DNA of 64,000 nucleotides from Candidatus Zixiibacteriota bacterium (GTDB lineage Bacteria > Zixibacteria > MSB-5A5 > WJJR01). Of the stretch, positions 1-9,193 are shown piece by piece. The stretch covers positions 365,346-429,345 of the forward strand of contig JBFMGX010000004.1 of assembly GCA_040752595.1 (NCBI GenBank). The letters are read 5' to 3'. A program made the translations under genes and the position numbers. Position 1 is the stretch's first letter. The number at the start of each line of letters is the position of its first letter. Under the pieces are notes generated by a model. It searched no databases, had not been told where the DNA came from, and saw only the letters and a list, made by a program, of their open reading frames with translations.

Positions 1-408
1 CCGCCCTTGGACCTCAATCTCTATCAGACCATGAAAGGGTGGGAACTCTCCCAGGCGGGCGTGCGCGACGGCGGTGTTCTGATCGTGACCGCCCCGTGTC
101 CCGAGGGAATCGGCGCTTCGTTCTACACCCGACTGATCGAGGCTTATCCCGATCCGACCCGGTGGCTGGGGCTGGAGGATCGTCCGTACACCATCGGGCT
201 GCACAAGTTGGTGCGCACGGCCCGTGCCCGGGCGCGCTTTAGTCTGTGTGCCGTGACCGACATTGCACCCGACGAGGTGGCGCGCTACGGCTACGAGCCG
301 TTCTCCTCGGTCGACCAGGCCCTGCCATGGGCATTGGAGCGCGTGGGTCCGAGGCCGCGTGTTTTGGTGGTTGAGGATGCGGCACTGACCACCATCAAAC
401 GCGCCTGA
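1..408 (+). CDS. C-terminal fragment of a conserved hypothetical protein; 5' end lies outside the window
   Basis: Frame is open from nt 1 and the listed 'M' at 7 is a TTG. Stop TGA is at 406-408. No family confidently recognised from the 133 aa. Confidence 0.35.
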   Translation, partial: PPLDLNLYQTMKGWELSQAGVRDGGVLIVTAPCPEGIGASFYTRLIEAYPDPTRWLGLEDRPYTIGLHKLVRTARARARFSLCAVTDIAPDEVARYGYEPFSSVDQALPWALERVGPRPRVLVVEDAALTTIKRA

Positions 409-508
409 GACGGTTCAGTCGACGATGACTGTGATACACGGCGAATGGGTAGCTGGGCACGTATAGTCTCGAACGTCCGCCGATCGGCGGGGGATGAAAG
501 GGGATCCA

Positions 509-1435
509 ATGGAGAAGAAAGTCACGGTTGTAGGAGCGGGGAATGTCGGCGCGGCCTGCGCGCAGTATCTGGCCGAGGCGAATTTTTGTGACGTGGTCCT
601 GATCGACGTGGTCGAGGGAATGCCGCAGGGCAAGGCGCTCGACCTGACACAGGCCGGACCGGTGCGCGGGTACGACACGCGCGTCACGGGCTCCAATGAC
701 TTCGCCGCTGCGAAGGGCTCGAATCTGATCATCATCACCGCCGGTCTGGCGCGCAAGCCGGGGATGAGCCGCGAGGACCTGCTCAACTCAAACATCCAGA
801 TCATGGATTCGGTGATGGCGGGGATCAACGCTCACTGTCCCAACACCATGCTTTTGGTCGTCTCCAATCCGCTCGATGTCATGACCTACCGCGCCTGGCA
901 GAAATCCGGCATGAAGCCGAATATGGTATTCGGGCAGGCCGGCGTCCTCGACTCGGTGCGTTTCCGCACATTCGTGGCGATGGAAATCGGGTGCGCGGTC
1001 ACCGATCTGCAGGCGATGGTCCTCGGCGGCCACGGCGATTCGATGGTGCCGTTACCCCGCTACACCACGGTCGGCGGGATTCCGATCACCGAGATTCTCG
1101 GCAAGGATAAGATCGATGCCATCGCGCAGCGCACCCGTGACGGCGGCGCCGAGATTGTCAAGCTGCTCAAGACCGGGTCGGCCTACTATGCGCCGGCGGG
1201 GGCGACCGTGCAGATGGCCGATGCCGTGCTCAACGACCGCAAGCGCGTCGTCGCCTGCTCGGCATACCTCAGCGGTCAGTATGGCCTGACCGACGTGTTC
1301 ACCGGTGTCCCGGTCACGTTGGGCCGTGGCGGCGTGGAGAAGATCCACGAACTGAAACTGGAGAGCGACGAGCTGGGAGCACTGCAGAAGTCGGCGCTGG
1401 GCTACAAAGAGATCATCAACGGCCTGCCGAAGTGA
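509..1435 (+). CDS. mdh: Malate dehydrogenase, NAD-dependent, LDH-like family
   Basis: N-terminal Rossmann GAGNVGA. Substrate loop GLARKPGMSREDLL carries Arg, consistent with MDH rather than LDH. Catalytic His region present. RBS AAAGGGGA precedes ATG 509. Confidence 0.9.
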   Translation: MEKKVTVVGAGNVGAACAQYLAEANFCDVVLIDVVEGMPQGKALDLTQAGPVRGYDTRVTGSNDFAAAKGSNLIIITAGLARKPGMSREDLLNSNIQIMDSVMAGINAHCPNTMLLVVSNPLDVMTYRAWQKSGMKPNMVFGQAGVLDSVRFRTFVAMEIGCAVTDLQAMVLGGHGDSMVPLPRYTTVGGIPITEILGKDKIDAIAQRTRDGGAEIVKLLKTGSAYYAPAGATVQMADAVLNDRKRVVACSAYLSGQYGLTDVFTGVPVTLGRGGVEKIHELKLESDELGALQKSALGYKEIINGLPK

Positions 1436-1466
1436 GGCAGGTTCCATAGTGTGTTCCCGGGTGCGG

Positions 1467-1510
1467 TCGGGTGCCCACACCCGACCGCAGCGCCGGGTGT
1501 GGGCACCCGG
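1467..1510 (+). repeat. 17-bp perfect inverted repeat (CCGGGTGCCCACACCCG..CGGGTGTGGGCACCCGG) between mdh and icd; candidate terminator/attenuator hairpin
   Basis: Seen directly. Stem 17 bp, 9-nt spacer, no U-tract. Confidence 0.45.
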
Positions 1511-1531
1511 CGCCACGGAAAAGGAGAAACC

Positions 1532-2794
<1,263 letters not shown>

Positions 2795-2819
2795 AATCCA
2801 CGCATCACGCATGACTATT

Positions 2820-2960
2820 GTAGGGGCGCACGGCCGTGCGCCCCTTTGTCTTGCGGGCACGGCCCGCCGTGCCCCTACACGCAGGTCGTTTCCGTTCGTG
2901 TGTAGGGGCGCGGTCTCCGCGCCCTTCTTGGGACATGAGGGCGGGGAAACCCCGCCCCTT
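2820..2960. repeat. Cluster of four REP-like palindromic units (GTAGGGGC-hairpin / hairpin-GCCCCTAC)
   Basis: Perfect hairpins GGGGCGCACGG/CCGTGCGCCCC, GGGCACGGC/GCCGTGCCC, GGGCGCGG/CCGCGCCC, GGGCGGGG-AAAC-CCCGCCCC. The same unit recurs at 14 or more loci in the window. Confidence 0.6.
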
Positions 2961-4215
2961 GTATCTTCGGTTCATGTCATCGTTGTTCGCCCGATCGGGA
3001 GAGGCTGGCTCGCCCCTGAGGCTCTGCGCCTGTGTCGTAGATGGGTCGCCCGGTCGGTTGCACATCTGGGCCATCGAACGGTATCTGAGGCGATCCTTCC
3101 GGACCAGCCCTGATTGACAAGGTGGATGGGGATGTCGCGAACGACGACCGGCACAAACACCCAGGAGGTTGTCCCATGAGCGCAGAACGATTGTGTATCG
3201 GCGTGGATGTCGCCCAGGCAAGCTTGGCGGTGTGGGCGTGCACGCCGGACAAGAGGTCGCAAGGATCCCGGACGTTTGAGAACCGCCGGGCGGGGTTCGC
3301 ACAACTGGTGCGGTGGGCCCGGCAACTGGCGGTGCGTTTGGAGTGCACGCCCATCCACGTCGGGATGGAGTCCACCGGCGTCTATGGGCAGGCGTTGGCG
3401 GCGTATCTGTATCAGGCTGAGGGGATCACGGTCAGCGTGATCAATCCGGCGCAGATCAAGCACGCGGCGCGGGCGAATGGGGCGCGGACCAAGACGGACC
3501 GCACCGATGCCCAACAGATCGCGGTGTTTGTGGCGGAAAAGACGCCACCGACGTGGCAGCCGGAATCGCCGGCCGTGGTCCACCTGCGCGCCTTGGTGCA
3601 GCGCCTGGAGCAACTCAAAGAGATGCAGGTCCAGGAACGCAACCATCGGCACGCGGCCAGCCATGGCGCCCATACCGCCACGGATGTCCTGACCTCGATT
3701 GACGAGTCGTTGGTGGTGATCCACAAGCAGATCGCCGCCCTGCAGAAGCGCTTGCGCCGTCATCTGGATACCCATCCGGAACTGCGGCAGCAAACCGATC
3801 TGTTGCAGACCATCGACGGCATCGGCGAGTGGACCGCCGCCCGGATGATCGCCCGCGCCGGCCGCGCCCTGGTCGAACGCAGTGGCCGCGAACTGGTCGC
3901 CCATGCCGGTCTGGCCCCCGGGGAACGGCAATCGGGCACCTCGCTGCACACCCCACCGCGCCTCGTCAAGATCGGACGCGCCGACTTGCGCTGGGCCCTC
4001 TACATGCCCGCCGTCTGTGGCAGCAAACACAACCCGGTCCTGCGCGCCCTGTTTCAGCGCATTGTCGCCAAAGGACGGCCACCCATCGTCGCCATCATCG
4101 CCTGCATGCGCAAATTGCTCCACATCATCCATGGCGTACTCAAAACCCAGACACCCTTTAACCCCGCGCTCCACCTCACGAGCGCTTGACAAACAAGACG
4201 GTATCTACGAGAACG
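2961..4215 (+). mobile_element. IS110-family insertion sequence; ends approximate, no obvious TIR
   Basis: A single DEDD-transposase ORF fills the element. It is flanked on both sides by REP units (2820-2960 and 4227-4250). IS110/IS1111 members characteristically lack TIRs and target REPs. Confidence 0.5.
3176..4189 (+). CDS. IS110-family transposase (DEDD_Tnp_IS110 N-domain plus Transposase_20 C-domain)
   Basis: CIGVDVAQASLAV, GMESTGVYGQALAAYL, C-terminal IDGIGEWTAARMIARAG...PAVCGSKHNPVLRALFQRIVAKGRPP. RBS AGGAGG precedes the ATG. Confidence 0.9.
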   Translation: MSAERLCIGVDVAQASLAVWACTPDKRSQGSRTFENRRAGFAQLVRWARQLAVRLECTPIHVGMESTGVYGQALAAYLYQAEGITVSVINPAQIKHAARANGARTKTDRTDAQQIAVFVAEKTPPTWQPESPAVVHLRALVQRLEQLKEMQVQERNHRHAASHGAHTATDVLTSIDESLVVIHKQIAALQKRLRRHLDTHPELRQQTDLLQTIDGIGEWTAARMIARAGRALVERSGRELVAHAGLAPGERQSGTSLHTPPRLVKIGRADLRWALYMPAVCGSKHNPVLRALFQRIVAKGRPPIVAIIACMRKLLHIIHGVLKTQTPFNPALHLTSA

Positions 4216-4226
4216 TGCGTGGTTCC

Positions 4227-4250
4227 GTAGGGGCACGGCGCGCCGTGCCC
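4227..4250. repeat. REP unit GTAGGGGCACGGCGCGCCGTGCCC
   Basis: Identical unit also at 17156, 19152 and 57710. Confidence 0.55.
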
Positions 4251-4370
4251 GCGTGCCCAACGATTGCAATGACGTTTCTCTGGCACACGCCTCGACCCGT
4301 GCGTTATCTTATGGTTGGGCGGCGATGAATATGATGGCCGCCGTAAACAAACACGGGGAGACGAAACGTC

Positions 4371-4934
4371 ATGATATCGACCAGCGATTTTCGCATCGGC
4401 AAGAAGCTCAAAGTCGAAGGGGAACTTTGGGAGATTGTGGATTTCCAGAACGCCCGCACCGCGCAACGTCGCGCCAAGGTGACCACCAAGCTGCGCAACC
4501 TCAAGACCGGGCGCGTCCTGGAGCGTGTCTTTGCCTCTGGGGAGACGTTCGAGGAGCCGGAATTCGAACACCGTTCGATGCAGTACATGTACACCGACGG
4601 CACCAGTTGGAACTTCATGGACAATTCCAACTACGAGCAGGTGGCCCTGACCGAGGAGCATTTGGAGGGATACGCCGAATTCCTGATGGAGAACCACGAC
4701 TACAAAGTCTTGTATTTCGAAGGCAAGCCGATCTCGCTCGACCTGCCGACCGCGGTCGTCCTCGAGGTGACCGACTCCGAGCCGGGCGTGAAGGGCGACT
4801 CGGTCTCCAATCTCACCAAGAGCGCCACGCTCGAAACCGGCCTCGTCGTGAAGGTCCCGCTGTTCATCAAAATCGGCGACAAGGTCAAGGTCGACACCCG
4901 CACCAAGGAATACCTCGAACGCGCGACGGGGTAA
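4371..4934 (+). CDS. efp: Elongation factor P
   Basis: Full-length EF-P, 187 aa, KOW plus two OB domains. Conserved loop residue K32 in KVTTKLRNLKTG. Confidence 0.92.
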   Translation: MISTSDFRIGKKLKVEGELWEIVDFQNARTAQRRAKVTTKLRNLKTGRVLERVFASGETFEEPEFEHRSMQYMYTDGTSWNFMDNSNYEQVALTEEHLEGYAEFLMENHDYKVLYFEGKPISLDLPTAVVLEVTDSEPGVKGDSVSNLTKSATLETGLVVKVPLFIKIGDKVKVDTRTKEYLERATG

Positions 4935-4963
4935 AGCCCGTTCATTGCCGTTCCATCCACTGT

Positions 4964-5013
4964 GCCACGGGTCTTCAGACCCGTGTCCCCTGATGTAGGG
5001 CGGGCGCCCCCGC
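4964..5013. repeat. Hairpin CACGGGTCTTCAGACCCGTG followed by GTAGGGCGGGCGCCCCCGCC
   Basis: Second and third copies of the first hairpin are at 6413-6432 (same orientation) and 12499-12518 (inverted). Confidence 0.5.
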
Positions 5014-5028
5014 CATCTAACAGTGCAA

Positions 5029-6312
5029 TTAGGGGGCGGATGATCCTCGAATGTCGAGGATATGGACTGCCATCAACACGCCGGGAGGAGTAGACGCCTG
5101 CGCCTTGGTAATCCGCATGGGTGACGACCCTTGGCGAAGGAGAATGCACTCATCACGCGGATCTCGGAACACAGTACCAATCAGTGTGACACGGGACACG
5201 TGGTCGTACGTGAACACTTCGACTCTTGTGCTGTCGAGTCCGACCTTCGAAACGTGAAGTGTGTCTTGTGTGTCGTGCGCTACCCAGATTGACACGCTCG
5301 AGACGCTGGCATTTGCGTTCCCACGGATTGTGACCCGCTCAACCTGGTCCCAAACGGAGAGGACCAGTGTGTCGCTGTACGGTGGAGGGAAGGCTTCTCC
5401 TGGATCGTGGTTACCCGTGATGATGCTGACCATCGCTTCAAGGTCTGCCCGCGTCAGCAGCTCGCCATCGCCGTTGATGTCACTTGCGGCAATCTGGCGC
5501 CCACGGCGCGCGGGATCCGCATCCCAGACGCGATCTCCGTAGATGAAGTAATTCGTGAGGAGTATAGCATCTCCTATCTCTTGTGCAACACCATTGAGGT
5601 TGATGTCACCGACAAGGGTCGCCGGCGGTTGTTCAAAATGTACTGCGCCGGAAACAAACCGGAGGAGTGGTCTCAGAGTGTACCTCCGCGGACAATTCCC
5701 CGTGTCATAGGGTGCCCACAGGCCGTCGTGGCGCTCGAGTGTATCTGCCATGTAGATGATGTTGTCATCTTTGGCGTCCATGAACGTGTTGTCCAGACAA
5801 TCGCCGATCCAGAACCCGACCTCAGTCGTAGTCCCGAATCTTCCGCGATGAGCGGTGGCCACGAAGTTCAGCGTGCAAAGGGCACCGTCTGGCAGGAGTT
5901 GTGGCGGTCGTGGTGACTGTGCATTGCCCCGATCACGGAACGCCTGAATCTCAATGCAGGAGAGCGGCCGAGCGGTGCCGTTACGGATGAGGGACTTGCG
6001 GGTACGCCACGTGAAGTACTCCCATTCCGAGATTGCGGGTCCTTGGTCGGTGCCGACAAAGGACAACGCGCTGTCGTCATACGAGACGACGAAGTTGATG
6101 CTCGCGAGCGAGTCGATTCTGTCGGGAAGTGACTCGTCCCACGCTACGCGTACAGGCAGATGCACATTCATTCCCGGGAGAGTTGTGTCCGAGTCGATTG
6201 AGATGACCGCGGCATAGGGGCGTTCTTGCTCCCCCGGTCCCGTCGTACCGCTGCAACCGGCGAGCACGACGGCGACGCCCAGCAGCGCGAATCCAAAGAA
6301 GCGACCGGCCAT
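5029..6312 (-). CDS. Lipoprotein with internal dockerin-type Ca-binding repeats
   Basis: Lipobox LAGC|SG after the signal peptide. Two dockerin repeats: GDINLNGVAQEIGDAILLTNYFIY and AASDINGDGELLTRADLEAMVSII. Confidence 0.6.
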   Translation of the reverse strand: MAGRFFGFALLGVAVVLAGCSGTTGPGEQERPYAAVISIDSDTTLPGMNVHLPVRVAWDESLPDRIDSLASINFVVSYDDSALSFVGTDQGPAISEWEYFTWRTRKSLIRNGTARPLSCIEIQAFRDRGNAQSPRPPQLLPDGALCTLNFVATAHRGRFGTTTEVGFWIGDCLDNTFMDAKDDNIIYMADTLERHDGLWAPYDTGNCPRRYTLRPLLRFVSGAVHFEQPPATLVGDINLNGVAQEIGDAILLTNYFIYGDRVWDADPARRGRQIAASDINGDGELLTRADLEAMVSIITGNHDPGEAFPPPYSDTLVLSVWDQVERVTIRGNANASVSSVSIWVAHDTQDTLHVSKVGLDSTRVEVFTYDHVSRVTLIGTVFRDPRDECILLRQGSSPMRITKAQASTPPGVLMAVHILDIRGSSAP

Positions 6313-6522
6313 TGTATCTTGGGGTCTGGTTTGTGACCCCGCTCACACGCTCTGCCCAAAGACAATATAGCACTCAGGCGTGGCGCGTCAATTGGTGAAT
6401 GCGGCGCCGTGCCACGGGTCTTCAGACCCGTGGTTTCGCAATGCAGGGTGGGCTCTGCCCACCGTCTCAATAGATGTCAGGAGTGCAGTTCGGCTTCGCT
6501 CACCGCAAGCAGGGCTCCTGAC

Positions 6523-7506
6523 CTACGATTGTTGCAGCAGATCCGCCCCGACAAGCAACGCCGCCGTCAGCACGATCGGCGTCAATTCGCCATAGACGCG
6601 CATCTCGTTGAGATTGCCGATCAGGAGGATCATCAAGACGAACGGGGGGATCGCCCACAGCGATTGCCGCGTGAACGGATCGTGCAGTCGTTTCCAGCCG
6701 GCGAGGATGAGAATCCAGACAAACCCGAAGCTGCTCAGAAACAAGATCAGTCGTTGCGGTGTGGCGAGCATCTCGAGATTCGTGCGCCAGTGCGCGATGT
6801 CGGTGCCGACATGGGTGAACTCGAACGATGTGCCGGGATTGCCGGCGTAGATCGAGCCCATCACGAACTTGATCGCCAGCCAGATCGCAACCTGCGCGGC
6901 CAGATGAATGGCATACGACGCCCTGGACAGGCGGCGATGCTCCACGACCGCGAAGACGATAGCGAGGAACAACATCGTCTCCCGGTTGAAGGTCGCCAAT
7001 GCGAACACCGGGTAGTACCAGATCCACTTGCGTCGGTGCAAGAGCGCCAGACCGAGGGCGAAGAAGGCCACGGCTGCCAGGTCATAGGGGAGATAGACCG
7101 GCAGATCGCGGGCCAAGAGGTAGTTCCACGGTAGGACATAGAACAACGCGAAGGGGAAAAGCTCGACCGCGATGCCCTCAAAGTATGATTTCAGGTGTAG
7201 ACGAAAGGCATAGAACAACCCCATGAGCGCGGCAACGTCAACCACCTTGTACAGAGTTTTGATCTCGACAGGAAAGACACCGGACAGCGCGCCCACAATC
7301 CATGGGACCAGCATGCGAAACTGGAACGGCTTGTGCGCGGTCCCATCGATGAGCGCCTGCAGCGTCGCCAGCGGAAATTCCTGATTGAGCCGGTAGCGCA
7401 GGTGGACGAAGTACCAGGAGAACACCAGGGCGACAAGGAAGACCCCGACGCCGGTCCGCCAAGGCGTGGTTTGCGCTGGCGATGATCCACGTGCCACCTT
7501 GGTCAT
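6523..7506 (-). CDS. Polytopic inner-membrane protein of unknown function (about 8 predicted TM helices)
   Basis: Hydrophobic helices throughout. No family recognised. Confidence 0.5.
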   Translation of the reverse strand: MTKVARGSSPAQTTPWRTGVGVFLVALVFSWYFVHLRYRLNQEFPLATLQALIDGTAHKPFQFRMLVPWIVGALSGVFPVEIKTLYKVVDVAALMGLFYAFRLHLKSYFEGIAVELFPFALFYVLPWNYLLARDLPVYLPYDLAAVAFFALGLALLHRRKWIWYYPVFALATFNRETMLFLAIVFAVVEHRRLSRASYAIHLAAQVAIWLAIKFVMGSIYAGNPGTSFEFTHVGTDIAHWRTNLEMLATPQRLILFLSSFGFVWILILAGWKRLHDPFTRQSLWAIPPFVLMILLIGNLNEMRVYGELTPIVLTAALLVGADLLQQS

Positions 7507-7589
7507 GTATCAACGTAAGGGAATCCCAGAGCGGTTTTCAATCGACATATTGGCGGACGGAGTCATGGCTGCAATCAGGCATTATTCCC

Positions 7590-7690
7590 TCGCCCGCTCC
7601 CGCCTTTGGCGGGAGCGACCTCCCCCGGAGGGAGAGGTTATCATTCCCCCTCACCCTTCCAGGGAGAGGGTTGGGGTGAGGGTCATCTCG
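7590..7690. repeat. MITE-like element of the 'CCTCTCCCTCCGG' family
   Basis: Shares the core CCGGAGGGAGAGG and flanking GGGTGAGGG with copies at 12395-12470, 47105-47200 and 56303-56403. Confidence 0.5.
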
Positions 7691-7780
7691 CAGCCTACCC
7701 GTTGAGAATCACGAACAGACAGCGGGCGGTGCACTCGCACCGCCCGCCCCTTGACAGACCAACCTCAAGCTGCGCGGACT

Positions 7781-7876
7781 CTACCGCAGTTTCTTTTTGT
7801 GACGGTCCTTGCGCAGGCGTTTCTTCCTCTTGTGGGTTTTGATCTTCTGGCGTTTCCGTTTCTTCCCGGATGGCAT
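7781..7876 (-). CDS. 31-aa hyper-basic small protein MPSGKKRKRQKIKTHKRKKRLRKDRHKKKLR, resembling ribosomal protein bS22
   Basis: ATG sits 44 nt downstream of the HU stop, preceded by GGGAGCG. Composition and spacing resemble mycobacterial and Bacteroidetes bS22 (..KKRRKRM.KKKHRKLLRRTR..). It is far below ORF-caller length cut-offs. Confidence 0.4.
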   Translation of the reverse strand: MPSGKKRKRQKIKTHKRKKRLRKDRHKKKLR

Positions 7877-7920
7877 CGAGCGCTCCCGTGGATGGGCGCC
7901 GCAGGGGCGCCATCATCCCC

Positions 7921-8205
7921 CTATAAAGGTTGCTTCACAATCAAATTCTTGAATTCATTCGACGGCTTGAAGACCGGCACCTTGCGGTCCGGGACCGGAA
8001 CCTCGTCGCCGGTGCGCGGATTGCGCGCCTTGCGGGCCTTGCGCATCTTCACCTTGAAGGTCCCAAACCCGCGGATCTCAATGTTCTTCCCGGTCTCCAA
8101 ACTGGCCTTCACCGCGTCGAGAAAAGCGTCCACCGTCACGGCCACGTCGGTGCGCGTCAGGCCGGTCTTCTCGGCGCAGATCTCCACCAAATCGGCCTTG
8201 GTCAT
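7921..8205 (-). CDS. hup: HU/IHF-family nucleoid DNA-binding protein
   Basis: IEIRGFGTFKV arm, RNPRTGDEV, KPS.EFK over 94 aa. Confidence 0.9.
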   Translation of the reverse strand: MTKADLVEICAEKTGLTRTDVAVTVDAFLDAVKASLETGKNIEIRGFGTFKVKMRKARKARNPRTGDEVPVPDRKVPVFKPSNEFKNLIVKQPL

Positions 8206-8263
8206 CCTGACCTCCTCATTGCATCGTCTATTTGTCTATATCTCAATCCCACACATTCCGGAC

Positions 8264-9166
8264 TCAATTGTAGCGATACTGCAGATTCGGCTCCGTGTCG
8301 ATCTCATCGGTACTCCTGCCGAGAAGCTGCTGTATGGCGGCACTGCCCAAAAGATCCCAGATCGACCGCCGCCGCGTGATGGTCTCCCGCACCGTCTTGG
8401 GCGGCTTGCTCATGTGCGCCATGTCGGCGGCGACATCAAGCGCGTCCTCGTAGTCGCCGAGCACGTCGACCAGTTGAAGATCCTTGGCCTGTCGGCCGGT
8501 GAAGATCCGGCCATCGGCAAAGAGCCGGACGGAGTCCGGCGACAGGCGCCGTCCCTTCGCAACCACCTCGACGAACTGATCGTAGCTGTCGTCGATGACC
8601 GACTGCAGGTGGGCGCTGTCGGCCGGCGTCATGGTGCGCGCCAGATTGCCGATGTCCTTGTACGGTCCGCTCTTCACCGTTTCGTAGCGCACGCCGATCT
8701 TGTCGAGGAGTCTCTCCAGCGTTGGGAACTGGAAGATGACGCCGATCGACCCGGTCAGTGTTCCGGGATTGGCGACAATCGTGTCGGCGGCCATCGACAC
8801 ATACAGCCCGCCGGAGGCGGCGATCGACCCCATGGACACGACGATTCTCTTTCCCTTGTCGCGGGCGCGGAGCAACTCCGCGTAGATTTCCTGGCTGGCG
8901 GCCACACCGCCCCCCGGGGAATCGACCCGCAGGAGTATCACCGGCACGGAATGGTCCTCCGACCAACGGCGCACTTGACGCACGATCGACCGGGAGGATT
9001 GGATCTCGCCGATCAACTCGACGACCGCCACCCGCTTGCCGAAGCCGCCGAAACTGGTCGATTCGCTGTCGGACATCCCCCACATGGCGACGAACATCAC
9101 CAGCGCGAACACCAGAAACGTGCCGCCGATGATGATCCCTACCAGCCAATCCCGACGCGCGGCCAT
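8264..9166 (-). CDS. sppA: Signal peptide peptidase SppA (36K type, S49 family)
   Basis: N-terminal TM helix. S49 fold with DSPGGGV and catalytic GSIAASGGLY, then K-containing region. Confidence 0.85.
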   Translation of the reverse strand: MAARRDWLVGIIIGGTFLVFALVMFVAMWGMSDSESTSFGGFGKRVAVVELIGEIQSSRSIVRQVRRWSEDHSVPVILLRVDSPGGGVAASQEIYAELLRARDKGKRIVVSMGSIAASGGLYVSMAADTIVANPGTLTGSIGVIFQFPTLERLLDKIGVRYETVKSGPYKDIGNLARTMTPADSAHLQSVIDDSYDQFVEVVAKGRRLSPDSVRLFADGRIFTGRQAKDLQLVDVLGDYEDALDVAADMAHMSKPPKTVRETITRRRSIWDLLGSAAIQQLLGRSTDEIDTEPNLQYRYN

Positions 9167-9193
9167 ATCAGTGTGCCCCCGACGCCCCCATGC

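Noticed and set aside
2972-4192. 406-aa ORF on the - strand
   Set aside because: It is fully antisense to the IS110 transposase gene.
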